Source: Minutocellus sp. GHC0000111
Taxonomy: Eukaryota
Direction: 5' to 3'
DNA length: 64,000 nt
Assembly: GCA_977018835.1 (NCBI GenBank)
Contig: OZ361261.1
Location: forward strand, 248,001-312,000
The notes beneath the pieces were generated by a model. It saw only the letters and a list, made by a program, of their open reading frames with translations, was not told where the DNA came from and searched no databases. This document shows positions 37,944 through 50,395 of this stretch, piece after piece. A program made the translations under genes and the position numbers. Every line of letters begins with the position of its first letter. Position 1 is the stretch's first letter.

Positions 37944-38300
37944 GGCGCATGCAAAAATACATAATTCCCTCTAGTAGGAATTCCTATGTTCTGCACAACG
38001 AGAAAAACTACTGAACTCTGTGGAGGGCAAACAATAAATTGCCCCCTACTACGGTAGTATCATTGCCCATGCAATATGACTCCGCAAACAAAGCAAAGGT
38101 TCGCACCACACGTACCTCTAGCTAGGCCTACGTAGGCCTAGCTACGGCGAGATGTGATGACCTACGTAGCTACGTAGGCCTAGCTACGGCGAGATGTGAT
38201 GACCTCGCCACCACTCGGACAGACGAAGGGACCAGCACAATCCGGGCCATTATGCTCGGGCATGAGGAGAAGGTGGGCCATTATTTCCCTCTAAGCAACC

Positions 38301-39466
38301 ATGGAGACGACAAGTCTCCACGAAAGTACGGCCCGAAGCGGCTCACGAAGACCACCGATGGCCCAAAAGTGTCGGTTGTCGCAGCACAAGATGTGCTCGA
38401 ATTCTTCCGAACGATCGCTACAATTGCCCATCCGTCAGCAAGACGCTCTGCCAGCCAACTGTTGTTCTACTTCTAGTACCCGCCGGACAAGCTTCAAAAA
38501 TATCAAGGGAACGGTGTTTTCAGGCGCACTTTGCCTCCTACTAGCTCTCTTTTGTCTCACAAAGGACGTCCCCTCTCGCGAAAGTATCTGGGCGTCCCGT
38601 GCCCTCGAAGCTCCCGGAGATTATCGAACCAAAACGACGGTCATTACTACGACCCCACCTCGCGCCGATCCCAACCAGTTCAAATCCTTTCAGGCGTACA
38701 CCACGGCGGACAAAACTCTCTCTGCTCAAAATGACCCGATGATACTTGATGCGGCGCTTGGACTCGTCCCACCGAAGCCACCAGAAGGAAAGGATTATTT
38801 ACCTTTAGAGTTTGTACACGCCACAAAGACGGGGGGGTCTGCTATAGAGAAGGCGGCAGCAAAGCACGGCATCGCATGGGGAGCTTGTCACTACAACTGC
38901 GGCTCATTCAGTGACATGAAATGCCCCTCACGGTCGCCTCCACAATACTTTGAAGGTCGAGTCATGCCAACGAGGTATGCGGGAACCGTGCTCTGGCACG
39001 TTCCCCCTCACTACTGGTCCCCCAATTTATTGGAGGGACACAAGACCTTTACTGTTGTGCGCAACCCATACAGTCGTGCCGTCAGCGAATACTATAACAA
39101 GTGGGATGGATTTGTTGGTACGAATGAGGAGAAGAACGACCCTGCCAATTTAAACGCATGGATTCAGACGAATCTCATCGATCGACCACGGGGCATTCGA
39201 TATTTGCAACATTCGAAATATGTTTATGATGATGATGGAAAAAAGTTGTGGATGTTGTACTGCACTTTGAGAATTTGGCTGCGGAATTCAATGAACTTAT
39301 GGAAAGCGAGGGGCTACCCATACGATTGGACAACACGCCATTCAACGAGCGAACGGGATCTTCGTTACTTGGTGTAGAAGATTTGACGAATGCTACGATA
39401 AAGAAAATCAATGACTATGCAATGGATGATTTCATTAATTTTGACTACAAGCCAATGTTAATTTAA
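38301..39466 (+). CDS. Sulfotransferase (Sulfotransfer_2-like), type II membrane (frameshift at poly-A near 39240)
   Basis: TM VFSGALCLLLALFCL; 5'-PSB FVHATKTGGSAIE; 3'-PB FTVVRNPYSRAVSEY; C-terminal LHFENL..YAMDDFINFDY. Confidence 0.82.
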
Positions 39467-39552
39467 AATAGGAGGGTGTAGCACAAGAGTGTCTAATGTT
39501 AACAGATCTGGGCGACGAAAGAATTTCATGTATGTATGCATTGATGAAAGTC

Positions 39553-39878
39553 TTTATCTATAGTGTTATGTTGTATTTTTATAACAGTGACGAAGAGCGT
39601 CGTCGTTATGGACGGCGGCACCTTCCGTCACCTTTTTTCTTCTCTAAATGTCTTGGATTGGATCTTTATTAATCTTCCATCTCAAGAAAATAAACAATAA
39701 TGGTATACATCTATCACCACCGTCGGTGTGTACCCAATCGTTCTATGCGTAATATATATCTTTTACAACCTTCTCGGTGTTTCTTTGTTCAAATTGTTGT
39801 ATTGTAGCGCTTGATGACCGTTGTTATCAGCTCCCACGAAGCGCTGCTTTTGCTTGCTTGCTTTGCTGTTATCATGGC
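39553..39878. repeat. Direct repeat copy 2, partner at 30776-31086
   Basis: Near-identical core to copy 1, with scattered substitutions and indels. Confidence 0.9.
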
Positions 39879-40009
39879 GTTGCGGAACATAAAGTAATGT
39901 AGGAAACAGAATAAAATTAAAATGCGTCGTACCGATGAAAATAGCAGGGACCCTGTATCACTTCGGCCGGCGACTTGACCCCGATCCAGATGAGAACAAT
40001 TTCTCTCGT

Positions 40010-42940
40010 TTAATTGAGTTGCTCCATCCAGATGCGAGTCTTATAGATGCTGAACAGGTCCCGAACCAGTTCGCGGAAGTCCACCCGGCAATCGGACTCG
40101 AAGAAGAAGGTAAGCTTGTGGCGATCGAACTGATATTCGGCGTCGATGATGCGCATTGGAAGACCGCGCTGCATGACCTTGTCGCCACAAATCTTGACCA
40201 GCTCCATCTCCTCCTCGTTCTTGAGGGGCAGAAGATCGACCTCCTCCTTGGTGGCGCGGCGGGTGATCCTCTTGAGGTCGGCGGCGCACGTGCTCCCAGG
40301 TCCCTGCCCATCACCGTAGCCAGCGCCGGCGGTGGGGAGGCTTCGAGAGTTGGCGTTGAAGTGCTCGGCCGACAACAGATCGACGATCTTGCCCAGATCC
40401 TCGCCACGGTCGGCCTCGACCTTGACGAAGGTACCGACCTCAATGTCCCTGGGAGCTCGGGGTCCCAGGACGAAGTAGCGATGGGACCGCTTGAACTGGA
40501 CGTGGTAGACGATCTTGGGGCCGGGGCCCATGGCCGACGTGGCCGGCGGGCGGGGCATGGTGGCGACGCCGTACTGCGGCAGGACGATGGGCTCGTGGTG
40601 CTCCTCGACGGTGTGATACACCGGCTGCTGCTGGTGGTAGTGCTGCTGCTGCGGCTGGCCGTACATGGACGACGACGAGGAAGTGCGATTGGCGGAGAAT
40701 CTGCTACCCCCATGGACAGATTGGTCCTGGTAGTGTTGGTACGAGGGGACCGACGACGACACAATGTGTCCCGGTGCGCTGTCGCTCCTTCTCATCGATG
40801 AGAAGTCTCCCCCATTCCCTCCGGTCGTCGCGTACATGAGGACGTTGCTTCCCGTCGAGACGGATCGGGGCAGCATGTGCTGCTGCTGCTGATGGGAGTG
40901 CATCCCTCCGTACTGGGAGGCATACTGCGTCTGCTGCTGATGCTCGGCAATGCCATCACCAGTGGCAAACCGCTCCCGGACGCTGGCACCGAAGAGGGGT
41001 GTGCCGGACGACCGGCCGGTGGTCATCGGCGGGGCGCTGCCCTGCGAATACGAGCGGGCGTGCTGATTCAACGGTTGGGGCAGGGCCGCCGACAGACTGC
41101 TCGTCGAATGGGAGGGAGCGTAGGCGTCCCCGCCATGGACGGGCCGGTCCTCCGGCATGGACATGGAGTACTCCGACGTGGAGTAGGCCCCGATGGAACC
41201 CCGGGCGTACTGCTCCTGCTGACTCCCGATGCTGGCGGAACGCTGCTGCTGCTGCTGCTGCTGCTGGGTGGGAAAGTTGGTGTGACCGTGACTCCCATAC
41301 GACGACGATGGCTGCTGCTGGAGGTAGTCGAAGGAGTTGTCGCGCTCCTGCCCCCCTGGACTGCCACCCGACGAGGCTGAGGCGGCACCACCCGTGGACA
41401 AATCGGATAGGTTGTTCTTGCTGGAGGCCAGGGGGGGACGACCACCGATACCACCAATACCACCGCCGCCACCGAGGTAGGAGGTCTTGGGGGGCTCGGA
41501 CGAGCTCAAAAGACGGGAGGCGGAAGAGGCCGAGGAGGCCTGGGAGGTGAAACTCGAGGCGATGCCACCGCCTCCTCCACCGTTTCCCCCACCGAGGAAC
41601 TGATCGGACGTCGACCAATTCCGATAATGGTGGGAGGAGGATTCACCGTACGATGCCGAAGGTCCTGCTCCTCCAACCTCGCTGGGAGGGTGGTGGTGAG
41701 GGCCATCGGCAGTGGTGGGCATGGTCTGGGCCCGCTCCCGACCCCCATTGCCACCGTTGGCGAGGGCGTCCAGTCCGCGCAGACCGTCCTCGGACCCGCC
41801 GCTGGTCTGGCTGCTCGCGGCGCTCCCAAAGGGCCGGGGGGCGATGCCTGCCCCTCCTCCTCCTCCTCTGGCGAAGCTTTCCACGCCGCCGTCGAGGGCA
41901 CCGGCCGCGCCTCCGGAGAAGCGGTCGTTCGATCTGCCGATGGCACCCCCAGCACTGCTCTTGGACGCAAGGAAGGCATCGACCTCCTGCGACGATCCCC
42001 GCTCGAGCGTCGGCGGCGGAGGAGGCGGCAGACCCCCGCTCGACGATTCCGTGCTGATGATCCTCCGGTGTCCGCCGGTCGAGGCGATGAGCGAATTGGA
42101 ATATCCTCCGGAACGGTACACATCCGACGATGACGAGGGGGAGACGTCAAAGATGAGCGGGGAGGCCGCCAAGCTGTCGGCCGAGGAGTAGTTGCCGATG
42201 CTGGTCGGGACGGTGCCCTGGTTGGGATGCTGGTGGCCGGTTCCCGAGGCGGAGGGCCGCCGATCTCCCAATCCCAGGGAGGCCGCCGAACCGCCGGTGG
42301 AGGTATGTAGTCCGGACGTGTTGTTGTTGCCAGAACTGCCACCGAGGATACCACCCCCTCCACCGGCGGCGCTGCCAGCATCGGACCGGGAATACGCGCC
42401 CGCCGAGCGGTTGGACGGGCTGCCCGTCGGGGTCGGGGTGATGGTGCCGCCGGCGCTGCCGCAGCTGGCGTTGAGGTTGGCCGTGCCGACGCTCAGGGCG
42501 CTGCCCCGGTCTCCGTCGTAGGTCGACATGGTCGACGCCGTGAGGGCCGGGGCGCGGTTGCCCGACAGGGTGGAGGAGTACGTGTACGCGCTGCCGCCGC
42601 TGCCGGTGCGGGGTGGGCTGGAGGTGGTGGGCGCTTTGTTGGAACCTCCGGCGGAATCGCAGGCGGCAGGATTAGGACCCTCCCCTCCCGGTCCGATGGA
42701 AAAGGCATCGAACTTCTCGACCAGCGGTGCGTCGACGGCGCTGCCGCTGCGTTGATAATGTGTAAAAAGATATAAAGCAACGCATGTGGGGGTTAGTTGG
42801 GGGTCAGTGGTATCATGGAACAATCATTGGACGGGAAGTATCTTTTTTGCATTGGCTATCTCAATCGCACGGGCATCCGAAAGAATTTTCCGATCACGTT
42901 ACGTGCCGGCAATGGATACAACTCACCTGCTGTTCATCAT
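40010..42940 (-). CDS. PSP1 C-terminal domain protein with long low-complexity N-terminus; intron 42747-42926
   Basis: VKVEADRGEDLG and PMRIIDAEYQFDRHKLTFFFESDCRVDFRELVRDLFSIYKTRIWM. A short first exon ATGATGAACAGCAG|gtgagt splices in frame. Confidence 0.85.
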
Positions 42941-43468
42941 GGTAAAATACACAACCAAATATCTATCTCTATCCAATGGGGGCGTCTACTGCTCAGTGCC
43001 CTCTCTCTATCTTCCAGCGGTCGTTCAGCAGAGAACCATCGGCATTCGTTTCCAACAAACACCTCCGGAGCTGAGCAAACTGGAACTGAAAACCAAACTT
43101 TGCTTTTTTCGCGGCAGGTTGCGAGGGAAAAATCCGAAGCGGGAGCGTTATCGAAGCGTTGAAGCGAGGCCGGCGCGCGGGATCAGGGCAAGTGGCACAA
43201 GGCACAAGGCGAGACATCAATGGCGCTTGTTTTTGGGAATGGATGAGGGGATGATCAGGGGGGGAAAGCAAAGGAGGAAGTTTTGAAGCAAGGTGGGTCC
43301 TGAAGTCGCGGAACAAGCCGGGAGAACGCCACTGTTAGTCTTCTCCTTTCAGGCCTTTGTCAAGGATGTCTCTGGTCTGGTGGCTCCTGATGTTAAAGAG
43401 CGCGTGCTTCCGCTGCTTTCATTGGTCGAGAAACAAGTGGAGTTGGCGCCACCTGACCATTGCGATGT

Positions 43469-44277
43469 GTGAGTTGGTCCCATTTTAGGTGAGGCACTTC
43501 AATTCAGGACATTGGAGATTGATTTTTTGCTAACTTCGCCGCGTTGTCGGGCCCTCGACGGACGACGGAAAGACCGTCGTTCATCCATTTTTTCTCCCGA
43601 ACGAAGCTCACCATGGTGACCCCCGCTCCTGACCGCTGCACATTTGCAAGGTGAGATGTGGGCATTCTCAAGGCTGGTCGACACCACTGCGCTACACTCA
43701 TCATGCGAAAAGTTTCAGCTTCATTGGACTGTTATTGCATGAGAAAATATAATTCAAAACAATCAACCTCTGTGTTTGAGTGCGCGAAAAAGGGCCGGCC
43801 GCGGACAAGAAGTGATGCCAAGAGAGCCACAGTCGCCCAATCGACCCAGAATTGCAGAGACACACGCCTGAGATGTGCATGAAAATGTTTGTTTGTTGGT
43901 TGATTGATTGTTGTGTTTTTGATTCGCATCCGCCCCGGAATCGGCCGCCAATGAGAGAAAAAATTTCGTCCGGCGTCGTCGTTTTTCTCGCGAAACTTTG
44001 CCCCCACCAAACACATGTTGTGCTTGGAATTTTTGAGCTGCGCCTTCGATGCCTGCCACATTTCTCTACAGGGGGTGTCTAGATGTGTGTGGCATTTGCT
44101 CAGAATTCTCGATTCGATTCTCCCATTCATTCATTCCAGAGACTCTTGGGGGCAAACGTCGGCCGGACGGCGAATTTCGCGTTTTCCCATGCTTCGCCGC
44201 GTTGAAAACACGGTCGACGGAAAGGCGAATGTCCAGATTTTGGGTCGAGCGGCTCACCTAAAGCTGGACCAACTCTC
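43469..44277. mobile_element. Non-autonomous Sola2-like element, 809 bp, with 4 bp TSD (ATGT)
   Basis: atgt|gtgagttggtcccattttaggtgag ... ctcacctaaagctggaccaactctc|atgt. Confidence 0.85.
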
Positions 44278-44955
44278 ATGTGTGGGGGGGAAGCTCTTTG
44301 GGGGGGGGGCACTCCCTTGGTCCCCACCCGGCGGTGGTCACCAGCAGCTCTCCTCGTTGAAGCTTTCTCCAACTCCACAACCACCAGAACCAATGTCATG
44401 TCCAAGTTCAAGTGCATGCTGCTGCACTAGCTCCGTTCAGACCATGGGCAGAAGCAGCAGTCTTTCATGCCCATCCATGTTCAGGCGTCTGCTGCTGCTT
44501 CAAAATTGCGCAACTCCCCAAAACTTTCCATCTGACGGCCCATTCGGAACCAGGCCAAGACAGGCCTTTTCACCTCCCTCGCCCTCATTTCCCTCGCGCG
44601 TGGCGTGTGTCGCGTCGTTTGGTTTGCTTGCCGCCGTGCCGTTCCTCGTGGCAGCAGCATTTTTTGGCCGGATCGCCGTCTCCCCCAACCCAAGGCGACA
44701 CCAGCGGCCAACCCAAGCCCCAATAATACGCTTGATTGATCTTGACCGCACGTCAAGGGTGTTGTCACCACTACATCTTGGTGCCGGTATCTTCCGCTGG
44801 TTGGCGTCTCGGTGACATAGGAGACGCCGTATCTTTTTCCCGGCACGTAGTAAACCTCCCACCGGTCGCACAGAAGTCTTTGGGCACGAGATTCCTTCGA
44901 GCACAACCCCGCACTTGGGCCGACCTCCAAAGCCAGATCAGATACGCCTTTGAAA

Positions 44956-47900
44956 ATGAAGGCCCTCCGTCGATCCGTCCCCGGCAGCGCCGGCCGCAAA
45001 CGCGGCGGGAGCGACGCCGGCACGAACAGCAATAGCGTCGGCGTCCCCCCACCGCCTCCGCCGCCGCGGGACGAAAACCTGTCGTCCTCCTTTGGCCCGT
45101 CCGACGAGAACGTGCGGCACACCACGACCTCCTCGCCCGGCTCGTCTCCCAAGAATTCCAGCAATGCCAATGCCAGCGGCAGCGGCGGTGACGGCAGTGG
45201 TGGTCCGCAGCTGACCTTCCCCTCGTCCACCACCGCCCGGGCCACCGCCCGGGACATCCTGCGGACCATCTCCAAGAAGAAGGCGAGGGGGGCGCCGCCT
45301 CCTCCGCCTCCGCCACCACCGCCTCCTGCTACCGGTGCCATCGTCACTTCAACTGGTGTGCAGCGCGTCGGCAGCGGCGGCACGGGCGGCAGCCAGCGCG
45401 GCGCCGGCGGTCCTACCACCGGCAGCGGCAGCGCAGGCGCAAGGGGCACCAGCCGCGATCGGCAGCTCCGCGACCTCGACGCCCTCGTCGAGCTGTCGTC
45501 GGCCGAGCAGCAGCAGCACTCCACCGGCGCCGGCCGATCTGCCGCCGTCCAGTCGACCACCTCTGCCTCCGGCAATGGCACAGCCTCCTCCTCGCCGGCC
45601 GTGGCCGCATCGTCGCACCACCGGCCCGCCCTGTCCGCGAAGGAGTGCTCGACCCCGGCATTGTCGGATCCGTCGGAGCTGTTGCGGAGGGAGGCCCGGG
45701 CCAGCAATGCGGCCGTGAGGGCGTCCGCCCGGGCGGCACGGGAGGGGGCATTGGCCGTGGCGGCCGGTGCGGGTGGTGGTACAAGCGGTAATCACAACAG
45801 AGAGGGTTTGAGCGGTGGTGGAAGCGGTGGTGGGAATCAAAAGGAGGCGGAGGTCTCGCGCTCGCCCAAGGTCGACAAGCGCCGGGCCGCCGCCGTGCCA
45901 CCTCCCCCGCCGCCTCCTCCGGTCAACACCTCGGCGTCGGCCTCGGCCGCCGCGCCCATGTCCCCGGGCAAGGCGGCGCTCGACGAGCTGCTCCGGATGG
46001 ACGCCGCCGCCGCCCAGCGGAGCAATCCAAGGGGTGGTAGTGGTAGTGCTGGATTGTCGGGTGGTGGAAGCGGAAGCAGTGGCAGCGGTGCGGCGGGGAG
46101 TGGCAGCGGCAGCAGCAGCGACCTGGCGGCCGCCCGGCGGATCGTCCTGCAGCGCACCCGCAGTGGCGGTGGAAGTGACAGGGCAGCATCGGCATCGACA
46201 ACAGCGGCAGCAACTCCGACGACGGCTGCCACTGCCAACAGGTCGGCGAGCAAATCAGCCGGAGGCAGAAGGGACGGGCAGAGCCGGGAGGCGGCGGCGG
46301 CGGCCAGCGCCGTCATCGCCCAGGCCATCCGGAAGGAGGAGCGGCATTTTTCGTACAGCAGCCTCGACAGGGACGACGATCTGGAGGAGGATGTGTTGGA
46401 GGACGAGCTCGAGCTGGAGGGGGGTGGCAGCAGCGACTTGGACGGGAGTGACCGCGAGGAGGGGGATGGATCCTCCACCATGAGCGAGGAGGATTTCGAC
46501 GACGAGGACGACGATGGCGACGAGGACGATCCTCTCCGGTATGCCATCCCCGGATCGTCTCGAGGGGGTGCTACCGGTGCTACTGGTGGTGCCGCATCCG
46601 ACCTAGCCGGCAACGAACTGCTGGCCCTGCCCGCCGTTTCCGATTCCATCATCGATAGCAGCGATTCCGACAGCGCCACGGAGGTGTTTGAGAATTCCGA
46701 CGATTTCGACGGGGAGGATACCGACGACGACCACGACAACGACGACATGGACGAGGAGGATTTGATGATGGACCTCGATCCCTTGGAGAGCTTGGATGCC
46801 AAGGAGGTCGAGGGGGGTGGATGGACCAATGCCCGGGTTTCCGATATGTTTGGCAAGAACAAGAACATGGGCGGGGCTGGAGTTGGTGTCGGCGGCGGTG
46901 GTAGTGGTAGTGGCATCGCCGCGCTCAACAAGGGCGGCGGGGGCAAGCACCGGCAGAACAAGTACAGCCGGTCCTCCGGTGGTGGTGACGACGATGACTA
47001 CGACGACAGCAGTGACAACAGCGACGAGGACGACGACGATGATGCAAGTGGCAGCGAGGCCGAGCGTCCGCGTCATGCCAACAATGGTGGGAGCGATGAT
47101 GAAGACGATGGGGATGACCAACACTCGCACGGTGGCAGCGAGTCGGCCGAGGACTACACCGACGACGAGGACGAAGGAGAAGACGGGTACATGCCCGGGG
47201 GATACCACCCCGTCAAGGTTGGAGAAGTTTACAACCAAAGGTGAGAACGAAACATGCGAAGAGAGAAGACTGTGAACGCAAGGGTCGTTGTATTTAATTT
47301 TACCTGGTCTCACTTTCTGTGCTCCTGCTTTTACTTTTTTCATTCCAAATAGATACGTCATCATCAAAAAGCTTGGTTGGGGACACTTCTCGACGGTGTG
47401 GATGGTCAAGGATCGCAACTTTGTGAGCAAGCCGAAGGCATCGACGGCCGATCTCATCGACCAATTCCTGGCGATCAAGGTGCAGAAGTCGGCCGAGCAC
47501 TATACCGAGGCAGCGATGGACGAGGTGGAACTCCTGGACTGCGTCGTGGCGGAACGCAAGCGTTGCGAGGCACAATTGGACGCCAACTTTGGCGCCAAGG
47601 ATTCGGATAAGATCCCGGTGGTGACGAATGTATCGCACTCTCAGCGCATCGCGACGCTTGCAGACTCCTTCTTTCACAACGGTCCGAACGGACGTCACAT
47701 GTGCATGGCGTTCCGCATGTTGGGATGCAATTTGTTGAGTGTCATCAAGGCGTATAACTACAGGGGCATACCGATTCCGGTGGTGAAGAACATGATCCGT
47801 GACATTGCGCAGGGCTTGGACTTTCTGCACCGCAAGTGCGAAATCATTCACACCGACTTGAAGCCAGAAAATGTTCTGCTGCAATTTCCGTCGGAGCTCA

Positions 47901-49941
47901 AGCTTGCTGCTGCCGACAATCTTTCCGCCGCCAGCGGCCTTGATTTTGAAGCCATTGAGGTTCAGAATGCACCCTCCGAGGCGAACAAGCAGAGCGAGGA
48001 GGTCACCATCGAAGAATTGGAGGCCGCCATACAGAATCCCAATACATCGGCCGAAGAGCGGAAGCGTTTGAAGAAGAAGCTGAAAAAGCGACGGCAAAAG
48101 CAAAAGAGAAACGCTGATAATGAAGACGACGATGATGGCGATGATGAATCTGCGGTGGCGGAGGACGCTGACCTTTCCGCTCCTATTCATATCAACCCCT
48201 CTGCGTTGGCCCTTGCTAAGATGACGCTCTCTGATCACGAGATGGAGAGAGTGCTCAAAGATTTACCAGCATATCAGAATGGGAATCTTGATGCTGGGCC
48301 CACTTCGCATCAAAGGGTATTATCAAGATTATCGCATAGCCCCTTCATCGCCAAGAACTTTTCGGCTGTCGAATCACCGTCTGTCGTCAAGGCGAAGGAA
48401 GTCTTCGACGAAACTGTGAGCGTCTCGTGCCCACCTAAGGCCCAACTGAACAAGTACCTGGAAATGTGCAACCACCACTTATCTGGAGATGGCATAGCAG
48501 AGGTGGCCTTTGTTGTGCGATCATACACATCAGAGGGTGAGCTCGCTGATAGCATCACGGCTGCTCTTGGTGGCATACCGTGGAATGGTGCGGGTGGCAC
48601 CGGGGATTGCCGAGTATGGGTCTGCCAACTTTCCATCCCTGGAAAAGCAGGTGACCGTTCCTCCACTTGCTTTAGTCTAAAGCAGACACCTCGCAAGAGC
48701 ATGGATGACGATCACAGAGAAGCGCTATCTGAGCTTCATGGCCTCATCGAAGGCAACCTTGCAAGTGCCAACCCAGGCTCAGAAAGCGACAAAAGTGACA
48801 GTGGCTCCGAATCAGACAAGATTTCATCCCCGCCTTTCTCAACCTTTAGCGTCCAATTCTCAGTACTTTCAACATCTGTCGTCCTCGGATTCCTCGAGTC
48901 TTGTCTTCCGGGCGTCATGTTTTTCAGTTATGGCCAATACGATGGAGACCCGGATCTTGACCCTGTAGTTTTCGGCGATCGGGCCAACGATCTTTGCAAA
49001 CACTCCCTCGCCATGTCCACTCTTGACAAACCGGCAACTTCTTTGTTCGGCTTTGATCTGCGAATAATCAAGGACTTTGCTGCTCAACCAACAGCGGGCG
49101 GCGATGGCGTTTTTTTTTTGATTTGGCAGATAGCAGTATGGTCAAGGTAGCAAGCTGGTGGAACGCCAGGCAAACGATTCAGTACCGTGTCAACAACTTT
49201 GTTGGCCTCGATCCAAGAGCCGAAGCTTCGGAGTTGCCCATCTTGTCTGGCAATGGCTTCAAGGAAGGTGGGCGTCCGAGCGGAGATGCCGTCTCATCTA
49301 ACAAAGAGAGTGCCGATAAGGCAAATGGTTCCGCACCAACCTCTCTGACCGCGATGCAGCAGGCAATCGCATGTGCTTCGTATCAGCCTGATTTGAAGGA
49401 CGTGAACAATCTCGAGAAGGCCAGAGCCGTCGTTGTCGATCTAGGCAATGCTTGCTGGACGCACCGTCATTTCAGCGAAGACATTCAAACTCGACAATAC
49501 CGTGCGCCAGAGGTTCTATTTGGTAGCAAATTCGATACGTCTGCTGACATTTGGTCCTTGGGCTGCATGACATTCGAGCTGTTGACTGGAGATTTGCTTT
49601 TCGATCCTCGGGCCAGTGAGGAGTATGACCGCGATGAGGACCACCTTGCCATGTTCCAAGAACTGCTCGGCAAAATTCCCAAGAAACTCGCTCTTCGTGG
49701 CAAGTATTCCAAGAAGTTTTTCGATAAGAAAGGCAATCTCCGGAACATCAAACAACTTAAGTTTTGGCCCATCGAGGAGGTCCTCCACGAAAAATACAAC
49801 TTTTCCCGCGAGGATGCCGAGGATATTTCCAACTTTATGCTTCCATTGCTAGAGTTCGATCCTAAAGAGCGCGCAACGGCATTTGAAGTCCTCAAGTCGG
49901 ATTGGCTAAAGACAAAGAAAGTAAAGAAGGGAAAGAAGTGA
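44956..49941 (+). CDS. SRPK: SR-protein kinase; intron 47241-47352; frameshift at poly-T near 49115
   Basis: GGYHPV..RYVIIKKLGWGHFSTVW, KVQKSAEHYTEAAMDE, IHTDLKPEN, large spacer, DLGNACWTHRHFSEDIQTRQYRAPEV. Confidence 0.93.
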
Positions 49942-50395
49942 ATTTGATCGCTCGAGACTATTCATTTTTTTCAATCGAATACCTGGCTTTTCGCAATTCC
50001 CAACTTAACAATAGAAACCGCTAGCTTATGATATCACTAGTGTTTGGCCCGTCGTCGCCTTGCTCGGATAGATAAGAGATAAAAGGGAATCTACATCACT
50101 GGGCTCCGCTGCCTTGCGGCGCACAAATAATACGTTTGCAAGGCTGCTGATTTCGGGCGCGGACGCAGGCAGGCAGAGACAGACAGCCGACACTTTTATA
50201 ATTGTTAATAACATTCTACCGATACCTTGCTATTTTAGGGTCTCTCGATGTACCGCACTTGGACTAGCTACGTAGCGATAGGGTTTGTCGTACCTACTAC
50301 GTACGTAGCTAGCTAGGTATCAGTTATCCTTACCATCATCGTTTGCTCCAAATAAAGCCATGAGGTGAGATCCATCTTCCTTCTTGTACCAAACC

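Noticed and set aside
30776..39878. Direct repeats interpreted as retrotransposon LTRs
   Set aside because: No TG..CA ends, primer-binding site, polypurine tract or gag/pol remnants seen.
39935..46961. Long antisense and alternative-frame ORFs over the PSP1 and SRPK genes
   Set aside because: These are shadow ORFs of GC-rich low-complexity coding sequence with no independent motifs.
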